Origin: a virus
Lineage: Duplodnaviria > Caudoviricetes
Virus record (IMG/VR): IMGVR_UViG_3300022670_000082
Location: 1 to 32,620 of that record
Direction: 5' to 3' (one strand)
Length of the DNA: 32,620 bases
Part shown: positions 1-7,818 of the stretch, piece by piece
Layout: every line of letters starts with the position of its first letter
Position numbering within the stretch: the first letter of the stretch is position 1
Made by a program: the position numbers and the translations under genes
The notes under the pieces: model-generated
Databases searched by the model: none
What the model was told of the DNA's origin: nothing
The model's input: only the letters and a program-made list of their open reading frames with translations

Positions 1-2
1 TA

Positions 3-1718
3 GCTCACAATGGGATAGGTTATGACTTCCCTGTTCTCACCCTGTTATATGGATATGAGTTTAAAGGTAAGAAGGTTGACACCCTTCTCATGTCAAGGCT
101 ACAAGACCCTCACAGGTATGTCCCTTTTAACTGCCCTAATAAGAAGGTGGGGCCGCACTCAGTAGAGGCTTGGGGATACAGATTGGGTAGAGGTAAGCCA
201 GAGCATAACGATTGGTCTCAGTTCTCAGAGGAAATGTTACATCGTTGCGATGAGGATGTAGAGATTCAGGAGATGATCTACAACTATCTCCTAGAGGAAG
301 GTAAAGGATTCTCTTGGAGAGCCGCACACATGTCCACCTTCAAACTGTTCGAGATATTGCAGATGCAAGAACAGTATGGATGGTTAGTAGACAGAGCGTA
401 CATGGATAAGTCCCTTCGTATGCTAGAGCATTGGATAGACCGTATTGATAGGATACTGGTGCCTACCCTTCCTCTAGTTCTTCAGGTAGATGAAATTAAA
501 AAGAAAGGAGAATACAATTATATTAAGAAACCTTTTAAAAAGGATGGGACATATAGTAAGTCTTGTTTGGCTTGGCTTTCAAATAACGGCCTTCATACTG
601 ACAGCTGTATTATTGGTGGTAGGTTTACCCGTATCAGCTTTCGTCTTGTTAATCTCTCTAGTAACTTAGAGACTAAGCACTACCTTCTAGCCGAAGGTTG
701 GGTTCCTGATAAGTGGAATACGAATGAAGCAGGAGAGAGGACAAGCCCTAAGCTGTCCCATGATGATCCCTTCTTAGGAATCACTAGTGGGGTGGGTAGG
801 TTGATAGCTAGACGTGTTCAGTGTAGGCATAGACACTCACAGATAACGGGATGGTTGGATAAGATCAGGGAGGATGGTAGACTGTCTCAAGTTATCTCTG
901 GAATAGCTGATACCCGTAGACTCAAGCATAAGGTTCTTGTGAATGTACCAGGAGGTAATGCCTTCTTCGGTAATTGGATGCGTAAGATATTCATAGCTAA
1001 GGAAGGGTACAAGATTGTAGGGACTGATGCTGATTCCTGTCAACTGAGGATGTTAGCTGCAAGGATGGGAGATGAAGCCTATCAGAATGCCATCATCAAT
1101 GGTAGTAAGAAAGACGGTACAGATATTCATACGGTAAACAGGATAGCTGCTGGTCTATACACAAGGGCACAAGCTAAGACATTCATCTATGCTTTCCTCT
1201 TTGGAGGAGGTGACTACAAGATTGGCACTATCGTAGGAGGAGGTAAGAGAGAAGGAACTCGGCTAAAGCTAGAATTTCTAAGAAAAATTCCTGCTCTAAA
1301 AACATTAATAGATGAGCTTACAGCAGAATGGAGGAAGAATGCTAAGAGACGTAGAGGTAAGTGGGGATTAGAATGGTATGATGGTTGGATGGTTGGATTA
1401 GATGGTAGTAAGATTAAGATAATGTACGAACACACTGTGTTGGTGTACATGCTACAGTCTGACGAAGCTATTATGATGCAGAATGCTCTTCTGTTCTTTC
1501 ATAAGGAGATAACAAGGAGAGGTTATACACACGGAGTTGAATATGGATATGTAGCGCAGATGCATGACGAATTCAGTATAGAGGTTAGGGAAGATCTAGC
1601 TGAAGAGTTCGCTGAAGTGTCAGCTAAGTCTATAAAGACAGCTGCGGAGTATTTAAATATAGCTTGCCCTCACGAAGGAGAAGCTAAGATAGGAGATAAT
1701 TGGTATGATGTACACTAA
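3..1718 (+). CDS. polA: Family A DNA polymerase with 3'-5' exonuclease domain (T7 gp5-like), 5' end outside the window
   Basis: The frame is open from base 3 (AHNGIGYDFPVL..., ExoII motif), upstream of the Met at 90. ExoIII-like RCDEDV, motif A GTDADSCQLRMLA, motif B RAQAKTFIYAFLFGGG and motif C MHDEF are present. Confidence 0.96.
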   Translation, partial: AHNGIGYDFPVLTLLYGYEFKGKKVDTLLMSRLQDPHRYVPFNCPNKKVGPHSVEAWGYRLGRGKPEHNDWSQFSEEMLHRCDEDVEIQEMIYNYLLEEGKGFSWRAAHMSTFKLFEILQMQEQYGWLVDRAYMDKSLRMLEHWIDRIDRILVPTLPLVLQVDEIKKKGEYNYIKKPFKKDGTYSKSCLAWLSNNGLHTDSCIIGGRFTRISFRLVNLSSNLETKHYLLAEGWVPDKWNTNEAGERTSPKLSHDDPFLGITSGVGRLIARRVQCRHRHSQITGWLDKIREDGRLSQVISGIADTRRLKHKVLVNVPGGNAFFGNWMRKIFIAKEGYKIVGTDADSCQLRMLAARMGDEAYQNAIINGSKKDGTDIHTVNRIAAGLYTRAQAKTFIYAFLFGGGDYKIGTIVGGGKREGTRLKLEFLRKIPALKTLIDELTAEWRKNAKRRRGKWGLEWYDGWMVGLDGSKIKIMYEHTVLVYMLQSDEAIMMQNALLFFHKEITRRGYTHGVEYGYVAQMHDEFSIEVREDLAEEFAEVSAKSIKTAAEYLNIACPHEGEAKIGDNWYDVH

Positions 1719-1875
1719 AGAAGAGGTTAGTAAGATGGTTAAAAATGCTTATGGAGAAGGATGGCATGATAGAGAGGGTTGGTCAAGAGATAGAGTATCT
1801 GAGGAGTCCTTCCTAGAAGCCTTCGAGTCGTCTGATACTATAGGCGAGTTAAATAAAATGATGAGAGGAGAATAG
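1705..1875 (+). CDS. Small hypothetical protein, 56 aa (not in ORF track); paralog of 1877..2047
   Basis: Hand translation MMYTKEEVSKMVKNAYGEGWHDREGWSRDRVSEESFLEAFESSDTIGELNKMMRGE. AGGAG Shine-Dalgarno at 1691-1695. Overlaps the polA stop and fills the gap. Confidence 0.8.
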   Translation: MMYTKEEVSKMVKNAYGEGWHDREGWSRDRVSEESFLEAFESSDTIGELNKMMRGE

Positions 1876-1876
1876 T

Positions 1877-2047
1877 ATGAAACACACTGATGAAAGTAAA
1901 AAGGTTATGGAAAGGATTGAAAGGGCATACTCAGAAGGTTGGAGGGATAGAGAGCAGAGGGATAAAACAGCATCACCGCATGAAGACTACGAGGAAGATT
2001 ATCGTAACTCGTACACTAAACAAGTAATAGATAAACTAGGAGAATAG
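1877..2047 (+). CDS. Small hypothetical protein, 56 aa (not in ORF track); paralog of 1705..1875
   Basis: Hand translation MKHTDESKKVMERIERAYSEGWRDREQRDKTASPHEDYEEDYRNSYTKQVIDKLGE. AGGAG SD at 1866-1870. Shares AYxEGWxDRE with the previous ORF. Confidence 0.8.
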   Translation: MKHTDESKKVMERIERAYSEGWRDREQRDKTASPHEDYEEDYRNSYTKQVIDKLGE

Positions 2048-2048
2048 T

Positions 2049-2705
2049 ATGGGATTAAATGCAAGTAAGGTAGATAGTGGTAACAATCGTACCCCTATAG
2101 AGCTACTAGACGAGGGGAATTACATGGGCAGGGTGGTACAGGTCTTAGACTTAGGCTTACAACCACAGCGTCCTTACAAAGGAGAAGAGAAAGGACCAGC
2201 TCAAGAGGTCATGCTAACGTATGAGCTTGGCACTGAGTTCTTAAAGGATGAAGAAGGGTTAGAGCTTAAGGATAAACCTCGTTGGTTATCAGAGACCATC
2301 CCTCTTCGTCATATAGATATGGATTTGGCTAAGAGTACTAAGCGAATGAAAGCCTTTGATCCTACTAACCAATTACAAGGAGACTTCACTGAGGTGGTAG
2401 CTATGGCTTGTACCATCACTGTAGGTAAGTGGGTGAGTAAGCAAGACAACACTAAGACAGGTAATAATGTATTAAACATCACACCTGCCATGAAGGGGAT
2501 GCCTGTACCTGAGCTGGTTAACCCTCCTAAGGTGTTTGATTTAGATCAGCCTAACATGGAGATCTTCGGTAGCCTTCCTCAATGGGTACAGGATAAGATC
2601 AGTGGTAATCTAAACTACCAAGGTAGTGCGTTACAGGAAGAGCTAGAGGGTGTGGCTAAGGAGCCTGAAGACCCTAAGGTAGACGATAGCAACAGTCCTT
2701 ACTAA
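2049..2705 (+). CDS. Putative single-stranded DNA-binding / replication protein
   Basis: Lies between polymerase and exonuclease. N-terminal EGNYMGRVVQVLDLGLQ resembles a conserved phage replication-module family. Acidic tail ending in an aromatic residue (EPEDPKVDDSNSPY), as in T7 gp2.5-type SSBs. Confidence 0.6.
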   Translation: MGLNASKVDSGNNRTPIELLDEGNYMGRVVQVLDLGLQPQRPYKGEEKGPAQEVMLTYELGTEFLKDEEGLELKDKPRWLSETIPLRHIDMDLAKSTKRMKAFDPTNQLQGDFTEVVAMACTITVGKWVSKQDNTKTGNNVLNITPAMKGMPVPELVNPPKVFDLDQPNMEIFGSLPQWVQDKISGNLNYQGSALQEELEGVAKEPEDPKVDDSNSPY

Positions 2706-3502
2706 TGCGTGCTCTAATTGATGCAGACATTCTTCATTACGAAGCTGCATTCGTAGGGTCTGATAAGGAGACAGGAGAAATACATAGCTTTGATTATGTA
2801 GAAGCCATCTTCCTTAACAAGATACAAGAGATACTTACTGCTGTAGGAGCAACGTCATATACGTTGTTTCTTACAGGGGAGGGTAACTTCCGATATGATG
2901 TAGCTACCGTGAAGCCTTATAAGGGGACAAGACTCCCTGATAAACCTTTTCACTATAACAATCTTAAAGCTTACATCCTTAGCTTACCTGAGACGGTACT
3001 GTGTGAAGGATACGAAGCTGATGATGGTATGGCTATAGCTCAGACAAAGGAGACAGTAATATGTACTAGAGATAAGGACTTGAGGCAAGTACCTGGTTTA
3101 CACTATGGATGGGAGATAGGATTACAGCCTGAGTTTCCCTTACAATATGTTGATAAGCTGGGTAAGCTCACCCTCACCACTACGTACACAGAGGAGGGAA
3201 AGGTAAAAGGTAAAAACCTTAAAGGAACTGGCCTTAAGTTCTTCTACTCTCAGCTTGTCTCAGGAGACCCTGTAGACAATATTCCTGGTATCCCTGGCTT
3301 AGGTATTATTGCTGCCTATGAAGCTCTTACAGACGCTCTCAGTGAGTCTGAGCTATACTCTGCTGTACAGGGTATGTATGAGAAGAAGTATGGAGAGGAA
3401 TGGGAAGAAAGAATGACAGAACAAGCTTACCTTCTATGGATGGTAAGAGAATTGAACCCTGATGGTTCACCAATAATGTGGGAATATAAAGATGGGATTT
3501 AA
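2705..3502 (+). CDS. 5'-3' exonuclease / flap endonuclease (T7 gp6-like)
   Basis: FEN-family motifs LIDADIL, YKGTR, EADD, DKDLRQVPG and the H3TH motif GDPVDNIPGIPGLG. TAATG coupling to the upstream gene. Confidence 0.92.
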   Translation: MRALIDADILHYEAAFVGSDKETGEIHSFDYVEAIFLNKIQEILTAVGATSYTLFLTGEGNFRYDVATVKPYKGTRLPDKPFHYNNLKAYILSLPETVLCEGYEADDGMAIAQTKETVICTRDKDLRQVPGLHYGWEIGLQPEFPLQYVDKLGKLTLTTTYTEEGKVKGKNLKGTGLKFFYSQLVSGDPVDNIPGIPGLGIIAAYEALTDALSESELYSAVQGMYEKKYGEEWEERMTEQAYLLWMVRELNPDGSPIMWEYKDGI

Positions 3503-3659
3503 TATAGAGAGTTTCTTTCTCTTCTTAGTAGAAGACTTAGAGGACCTTAGCATACGTTTAAACGACGCAGGAGTGGATAGACTATTAAAGGAGGTTAAGT
3601 TTCAGCAGGCATACGCTAAAGATTGTGGGATAATTGAGACTATTAAGCCAAATAACTAA
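3492..3659 (+). CDS. Small hypothetical protein, 55 aa (not in ORF track)
   Basis: Hand translation MGFNIESFFLFLVEDLEDLSIRLNDAGVDRLLKEVKFQQAYAKDCGIIETIKPNN. Overlaps the exonuclease stop and fills the gap to 3672. Confidence 0.65.
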   Translation: MGFNIESFFLFLVEDLEDLSIRLNDAGVDRLLKEVKFQQAYAKDCGIIETIKPNN

Positions 3660-3671
3660 AAGGAAAAGATA

Positions 3672-3908
3672 ATGAGCGAAGAGTATAAAGGTAAGAGTAT
3701 AGTAGAGATGGCAGAAGAAGCGGAGATGCCTATAAGAGACTTCACGGAGCAGTTGATTAAGGCACTTGTATCTATAACATCTATTACAGACAAAGAAAAA
3801 GGCATCTCTCTTCTGGTATCTACAAAGGATATAGGTAACTGGTCGCTAGAGATTGCCCCTGTAGAAGAAGAGGAGGAAGCAGATGGCAGGAAAGAAGACG
3901 AGGAATAA
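3672..3908 (+). CDS. Hypothetical acidic protein
   Basis: AAGGA SD at about 3660-3664. Co-oriented and tightly packed. Glu-rich C-terminus. Confidence 0.7.
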   Translation: MSEEYKGKSIVEMAEEAEMPIRDFTEQLIKALVSITSITDKEKGISLLVSTKDIGNWSLEIAPVEEEEEADGRKEDEE

Positions 3909-4287
3909 TGGACAATGGACTGAAGCACGATATAACTCTTTCATTAAGGGAGCACTTAGATACGCATGGTGTAAGTGGGGACCTAATAACAACTGTAAGA
4001 GAGCAGCTCGTGTAGAGAGAGGGATCTATCTGTGTAGTGGATGCAAGGAGAACGTACCAGCTTCCATCTTAGTTGATGGACGAAGAAAGAACAACATATT
4101 TACTGACCATATAGAGCCAGTAGTTGATCCTCACAAAGGATTCTTAAGTTGGGACAGCATTGTAGAACGTATGTTCGTAGAGGAAGATAAGCTACGAGTG
4201 TTATGCACAGCATGTCATAAGGAAGCGACAGATGAAGAAAAAAGAATAACAAAAGAGAGGAGAGATAATGAGAAAGATAGTGGATGA
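3883..4287 (+). CDS. HNH-family endonuclease with Zn-binding cysteines
   Basis: CSGC ... DHIEPVV ... LRVLCTACH pattern. GAGGAGG SD upstream. Confidence 0.85.
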   Translation: MAGKKTRNNGQWTEARYNSFIKGALRYAWCKWGPNNNCKRAARVERGIYLCSGCKENVPASILVDGRRKNNIFTDHIEPVVDPHKGFLSWDSIVERMFVEEDKLRVLCTACHKEATDEEKRITKERRDNEKDSG

Positions 4288-4525
4288 GTTTAAAGGAGTG
4301 CGTTTATTTAATGATATTGAAGACGAAGCGTTACGTAACGGTAATCGTGCTGTTGTAATGGCAAATATCTTTGAGGACAATGTTAACAAAGAAGGAAAGG
4401 TAACTGATAAAGGCTCTGCCTTATTGATTGGTTACTTCGGTTGTATCAAAGAAGAAGAACGCAAGGGAGTTTACAGCAGAGTAGAAGCTGAACTAAAGAA
4501 ACGTGGATATACAGAGGAGAAATAA
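4268..4525 (+). CDS. Conserved phage hypothetical protein
   Basis: GAGGAG SD upstream and overlap with the HNH gene. FKGVRLFNDIED...NRAVV resembles small proteins I recall from related podophages. Confidence 0.75.
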   Translation: MRKIVDEFKGVRLFNDIEDEALRNGNRAVVMANIFEDNVNKEGKVTDKGSALLIGYFGCIKEEERKGVYSRVEAELKKRGYTEEK

Positions 4526-4591
4526 ATGTCAGTACACCCAACACCTAAGAAGAAGAAAACCGTACCTAAACCTGCTAAGAAGAGAACTTAA
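4526..4591 (+). CDS. Putative 21-aa Lys/Pro-rich micro-ORF
   Basis: MSVHPTPKKKKTVPKPAKKRT. GAGGAG SD at 4514-4519. Its TAA overlaps the nrdA ATG (TAATG). Confidence 0.55.
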   Translation: MSVHPTPKKKKTVPKPAKKRT

Positions 4592-6366
4592 TGGACTATT
4601 TAGGTATTAATATACATAAGGAAGATCCTGCATACGTAAATGAATTCAGTAAGAGTTTATTCTCTGGGTTCTATTTACGTGAGGGGGAGACAATTCCTGA
4701 AGCATTAGCTAGGGCATCAGTTGCATTCAGTGCAGGTGATAATGATCTAGCACAGCGTATCTATGATGCTGCATACAAGGGCTGGTTTATGTTTGCCAGC
4801 CCTATCTTAAGTAACGCACCGCTTCCTGGTGAAAAGGTGAGAGGTATGCCCATCAGCTGCTTCTTACAATACATTGGGGACAGTATTAAGAGTCAGGTAG
4901 CAGCCACTAGTGAGATGGCTCACCTGTCTGTACTGGGTGGAGGTGATGGATTGCATAACGGTATTCGTGCTACGAGTGATAAGGCTCCAGGGCCTATCCC
5001 TTACATGAAAACCTTAGATGCAACTATAGGTTACTACCAACAAGGCAGAACACGTAGAGGAGCGTGTGCCTACTACATGGATGTAGATCATCCTAGCATC
5101 ATAGAGCACATTAAGTTTCGTATACCTGGGGGTGACTCCTCTCGTAAGGCTACCAATGTTAAACAGTTCCACACAGGTGTCAATGTATCTCAAGCATTCA
5201 TAAATGCTATTGAAGAAGATATGCCTTGGGAACTGATCTGCCCTCACACTAAAGAGGTGAAGGAGGTGGTTAAGGCTAGGGATATATGGGAGACCATCCT
5301 AGAGACACGAGCCTTAACAGGTGAGCCTTACATCTTCAAGATTGATACAGCTAACGAGGCTATGCCTCAGTCTCAGAAGGATAAGGGATTACGTATCAAC
5401 GGTAGCAACATCTGCATAGAGATCACTCTTCCTACTAGCGAAGAGCGTACAGCTGTATGCTGTCTAAGTAGTTTGAATGTGGAGCTATACGATGAATGGA
5501 AAGATACGTCATTGGTTGCGGATCTCACCGAGTATCTGGATAACGTGCTTAGTTATTTTATTAGCCATGCGCCTCCAGAGCTATCAAAAGCCATATTCTC
5601 CGCTTCTCAAGAGAGAGCAATCGGTATCGGAACAATGGGCTGGCATTACTACCTCCAACGTAAAGGCATTGCCTGGGAAACAGGAGGAGTCCACAGTGCT
5701 GTACAGCACAGCCATAAGATCTACTCTGATATTAAAGAGAAAGCTAAAGTAGCAAGTTACTTCTTAGGATCGGAACGAGGGGAGGCTCCTGATATGGTAG
5801 GCACTGGTCTTCGTAATAGCAACCTATTAGCTATCGCTCCTAACAGTAACAATGCTGTACTCTTACAGACCTCTCCTAGTATTGAGCCTATCAGCTCTAA
5901 TGCTTACTCACATACAACTCGTGCTGGTACATTCTTAGTTAAGAATAAGTACTTAGCGAAGTTCTTAGAAGCACACGCTGAGTTTAAGGAAGAGGGATGG
6001 TTAAGAGATCAATGGGATAGTATTATCAAGGAAGAAGGGTCTGTTCAGCACCTCTCCTACTTGACTGATATGGAACGTGCGTTGTTTAAGACAGCTAAGG
6101 AGATAGATCAACATTGGATTATAGAACTAGCGGAGAATAGACAGAAGTATATATGTCAGAGTCAGTCTCTTAACTTGTTCTTCGTCTCAGGTTGTGACAG
6201 GGGGTATATGAATAGTGTACACATGAAGGCTCTACGCTCACCTAGTATTAAATCATTGTACTACTGCCGTATGAGTAAGGAATCTGGAGCTGATATAGTC
6301 AGAGAGGTGGAGCGTAAAGCTCTTAAAGATTGGAATACAGAGGAGTGTGTATCATGCTCAGGATAA
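4591..6366 (+). CDS. nrdA: Class I ribonucleotide reductase alpha subunit (no ATP cone)
   Basis: FASPILSNA, ISCF, QQGRTRRGA (loop 2), GEPYI, SNICIEI (thiyl Cys), VCCLSSLN, AIAPN, KSLYYCR (radical-transfer YY) and C-terminal CVSC. Confidence 0.96.
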   Translation: MDYLGINIHKEDPAYVNEFSKSLFSGFYLREGETIPEALARASVAFSAGDNDLAQRIYDAAYKGWFMFASPILSNAPLPGEKVRGMPISCFLQYIGDSIKSQVAATSEMAHLSVLGGGDGLHNGIRATSDKAPGPIPYMKTLDATIGYYQQGRTRRGACAYYMDVDHPSIIEHIKFRIPGGDSSRKATNVKQFHTGVNVSQAFINAIEEDMPWELICPHTKEVKEVVKARDIWETILETRALTGEPYIFKIDTANEAMPQSQKDKGLRINGSNICIEITLPTSEERTAVCCLSSLNVELYDEWKDTSLVADLTEYLDNVLSYFISHAPPELSKAIFSASQERAIGIGTMGWHYYLQRKGIAWETGGVHSAVQHSHKIYSDIKEKAKVASYFLGSERGEAPDMVGTGLRNSNLLAIAPNSNNAVLLQTSPSIEPISSNAYSHTTRAGTFLVKNKYLAKFLEAHAEFKEEGWLRDQWDSIIKEEGSVQHLSYLTDMERALFKTAKEIDQHWIIELAENRQKYICQSQSLNLFFVSGCDRGYMNSVHMKALRSPSIKSLYYCRMSKESGADIVREVERKALKDWNTEECVSCSG

Positions 6367-6370
6367 ATAA

Positions 6371-7321
6371 ATGGGTCTATTAGAATACAGTGAGGTGTAT
6401 GATCCAGTCTACCATGACTTGATAGACATCACCATGAAACATGAGAGGTCTCATTGGACTGAAGATGAGATAAAGCTACAAACAGACATAGAACAATGGA
6501 ATACAGGAAAGATCAGTGACAAAGATAAACACATCATTAAGAACATCCTACTACTCTTCACCCAATCCGATGTCAATGTTGGGCAAGGCTATTACGATGT
6601 TCTCATCCCATACATTAAGAACAACGAAGCAAGAAACATGCTTGGATCGTTCGCAGCCAGAGAGGGTATACACCAGAGAGGCTATGCCTTGTACACCGAC
6701 ACTCTGGGATACGATAAGACCTTCTACTCGCAGTTCTTAGATATACAGGTGATGAGGGAGAAGCATGAGTTTATGATTGAGCGTAAGGGTAATGGGCATA
6801 AGGACTTTGCCCAGTACCTAGCTAAGCAGTTGTTGTGTGAAGGTGTAAGCCTCTTCGCTATGTTTGCTATCTTGCTTAATTATGATAGACAAGGGATACT
6901 ACCTGGTATGTGTGACTTGAATCGTTGGTCTTTCACTGACGAAAGTATACACATAGAGGGGAACTCAGCTCTCTTCCGTCACTTCCTAGATGAACATCCA
7001 AGGATAGTTAATGACGAGTTCAAGCAAGAGATCTACTCTTGTGCTCGTACACTGGTAGACTTAGAAGATAGGTTTATTGATAGGGTGTTTGGAATGGGAG
7101 GTGCCAAGGACTTGACAGCAGAACAGGTTAAGGAATACATCCGTTATGTTACGGACTATCGCTTAACACAACTAGGCTTGAAACCTAACTGGGGGATTAA
7201 ACAGAACCCACTTGAGTGGATTGACTGGATCATGGGTAATCAATTCGGTAACTTCTTTGAACGCACCATAGTTGATTACAGTAAAGCTAATTTAACAGGA
7301 GAATTTAAAAATGGCTATTAA
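6371..7321 (+). CDS. nrdB: Class I ribonucleotide reductase beta subunit
   Basis: Ferritin-like ligands FTQSD, EGIH followed by the radical Tyr (HQRGY), EGVSLF and DESIH. C-terminal NFFERTIVDY. Confidence 0.95.
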   Translation: MGLLEYSEVYDPVYHDLIDITMKHERSHWTEDEIKLQTDIEQWNTGKISDKDKHIIKNILLLFTQSDVNVGQGYYDVLIPYIKNNEARNMLGSFAAREGIHQRGYALYTDTLGYDKTFYSQFLDIQVMREKHEFMIERKGNGHKDFAQYLAKQLLCEGVSLFAMFAILLNYDRQGILPGMCDLNRWSFTDESIHIEGNSALFRHFLDEHPRIVNDEFKQEIYSCARTLVDLEDRFIDRVFGMGGAKDLTAEQVKEYIRYVTDYRLTQLGLKPNWGIKQNPLEWIDWIMGNQFGNFFERTIVDYSKANLTGEFKNGY

Positions 7322-7589
7322 TGAATATATTAATGAGTATAAGATTAAACAAAAATACATAAGAGCTGTAGAGTGGACAGGAAAGAACTTTGATGAGATA
7401 TGTGAGCTTAATCGAGGAGAGGTTATTATGGGATTATCAGTAGAGAAGAATGGAGACCAACCAGAGATTTGTATAGGGTCTAATGTCTTACCTGAAGGAG
7501 TAGGTACTATCTTCTATAAAAGCGTAGACGGTGGGAGGTTATATACATCGAGTCGTGAACTCTTCGAGGAAGAATATGAACTAGCATAA
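7311..7589 (+). CDS. Conserved small phage protein of unknown function
   Basis: IRAVEWTGKN ... ELFEEEYE matches the pattern of a widespread small phage family (IEAVQWTGxN ... IFExTYE). AGGAG SD upstream. Confidence 0.75.
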   Translation: MAINEYINEYKIKQKYIRAVEWTGKNFDEICELNRGEVIMGLSVEKNGDQPEICIGSNVLPEGVGTIFYKSVDGGRLYTSSRELFEEEYELA

Positions 7590-7619
7590 GGAGAAAGGGG
7601 CGTAAGCCCCTTATTCTTT
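7590..7619. terminator. Bidirectional rho-independent terminator between the two genome arms
   Basis: AAGGGGC-GTAA-GCCCCTT hairpin (7595-7612) with T-rich tails on both strands (TTATTCTTT on +, TTTCTCCTT on -), between convergent stops at 7589 and 7618. Confidence 0.88.
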
Positions 7620-7818
7620 ACATCTCCCCTAAGATCTTCACCCTCTCGTCTATCCTCCCTAAAGTAACCTTCATCTCATTAAGCGTCTTTAAACCTGGTT
7701 CAATCTTCTCAGTCTGTGCTTGTAATACAGCTATATCACTTTGGTTGTCAGCATAAGTCCCACCTACTGTCCCTAATACAACTGCAAAACCAATGGCTGT
7801 TGGCAATGAAATATCCAT
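7618..7818 (-). CDS. Small membrane-anchored coiled-coil protein (possible holin or lysis accessory)
   Basis: Hydrophobic N-terminus (AIGFAVVLGTVGG) followed by a heptad-like segment (LNEMKVTLGRIDERVKIL). Last gene of the late arm. Confidence 0.55.
   Translation of the reverse strand: MDISLPTAIGFAVVLGTVGGTYADNQSDIAVLQAQTEKIEPGLKTLNEMKVTLGRIDERVKILGEM

Noticed and set aside
136-6740. Short alternative-frame and antisense ORFs inside polA, SSB, nrdA and nrdB (e.g. 5477..5752, 6516..6740)
   Set aside because: Nested in well-supported conserved genes, with no motif or convincing initiation signals.
3-7321. Introns or inteins in polA and nrdAB, or stop-codon recoding
   Set aside because: The genes are continuous, of compact normal length and tile the window under the standard code. 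No intein terminal motifs were seen.
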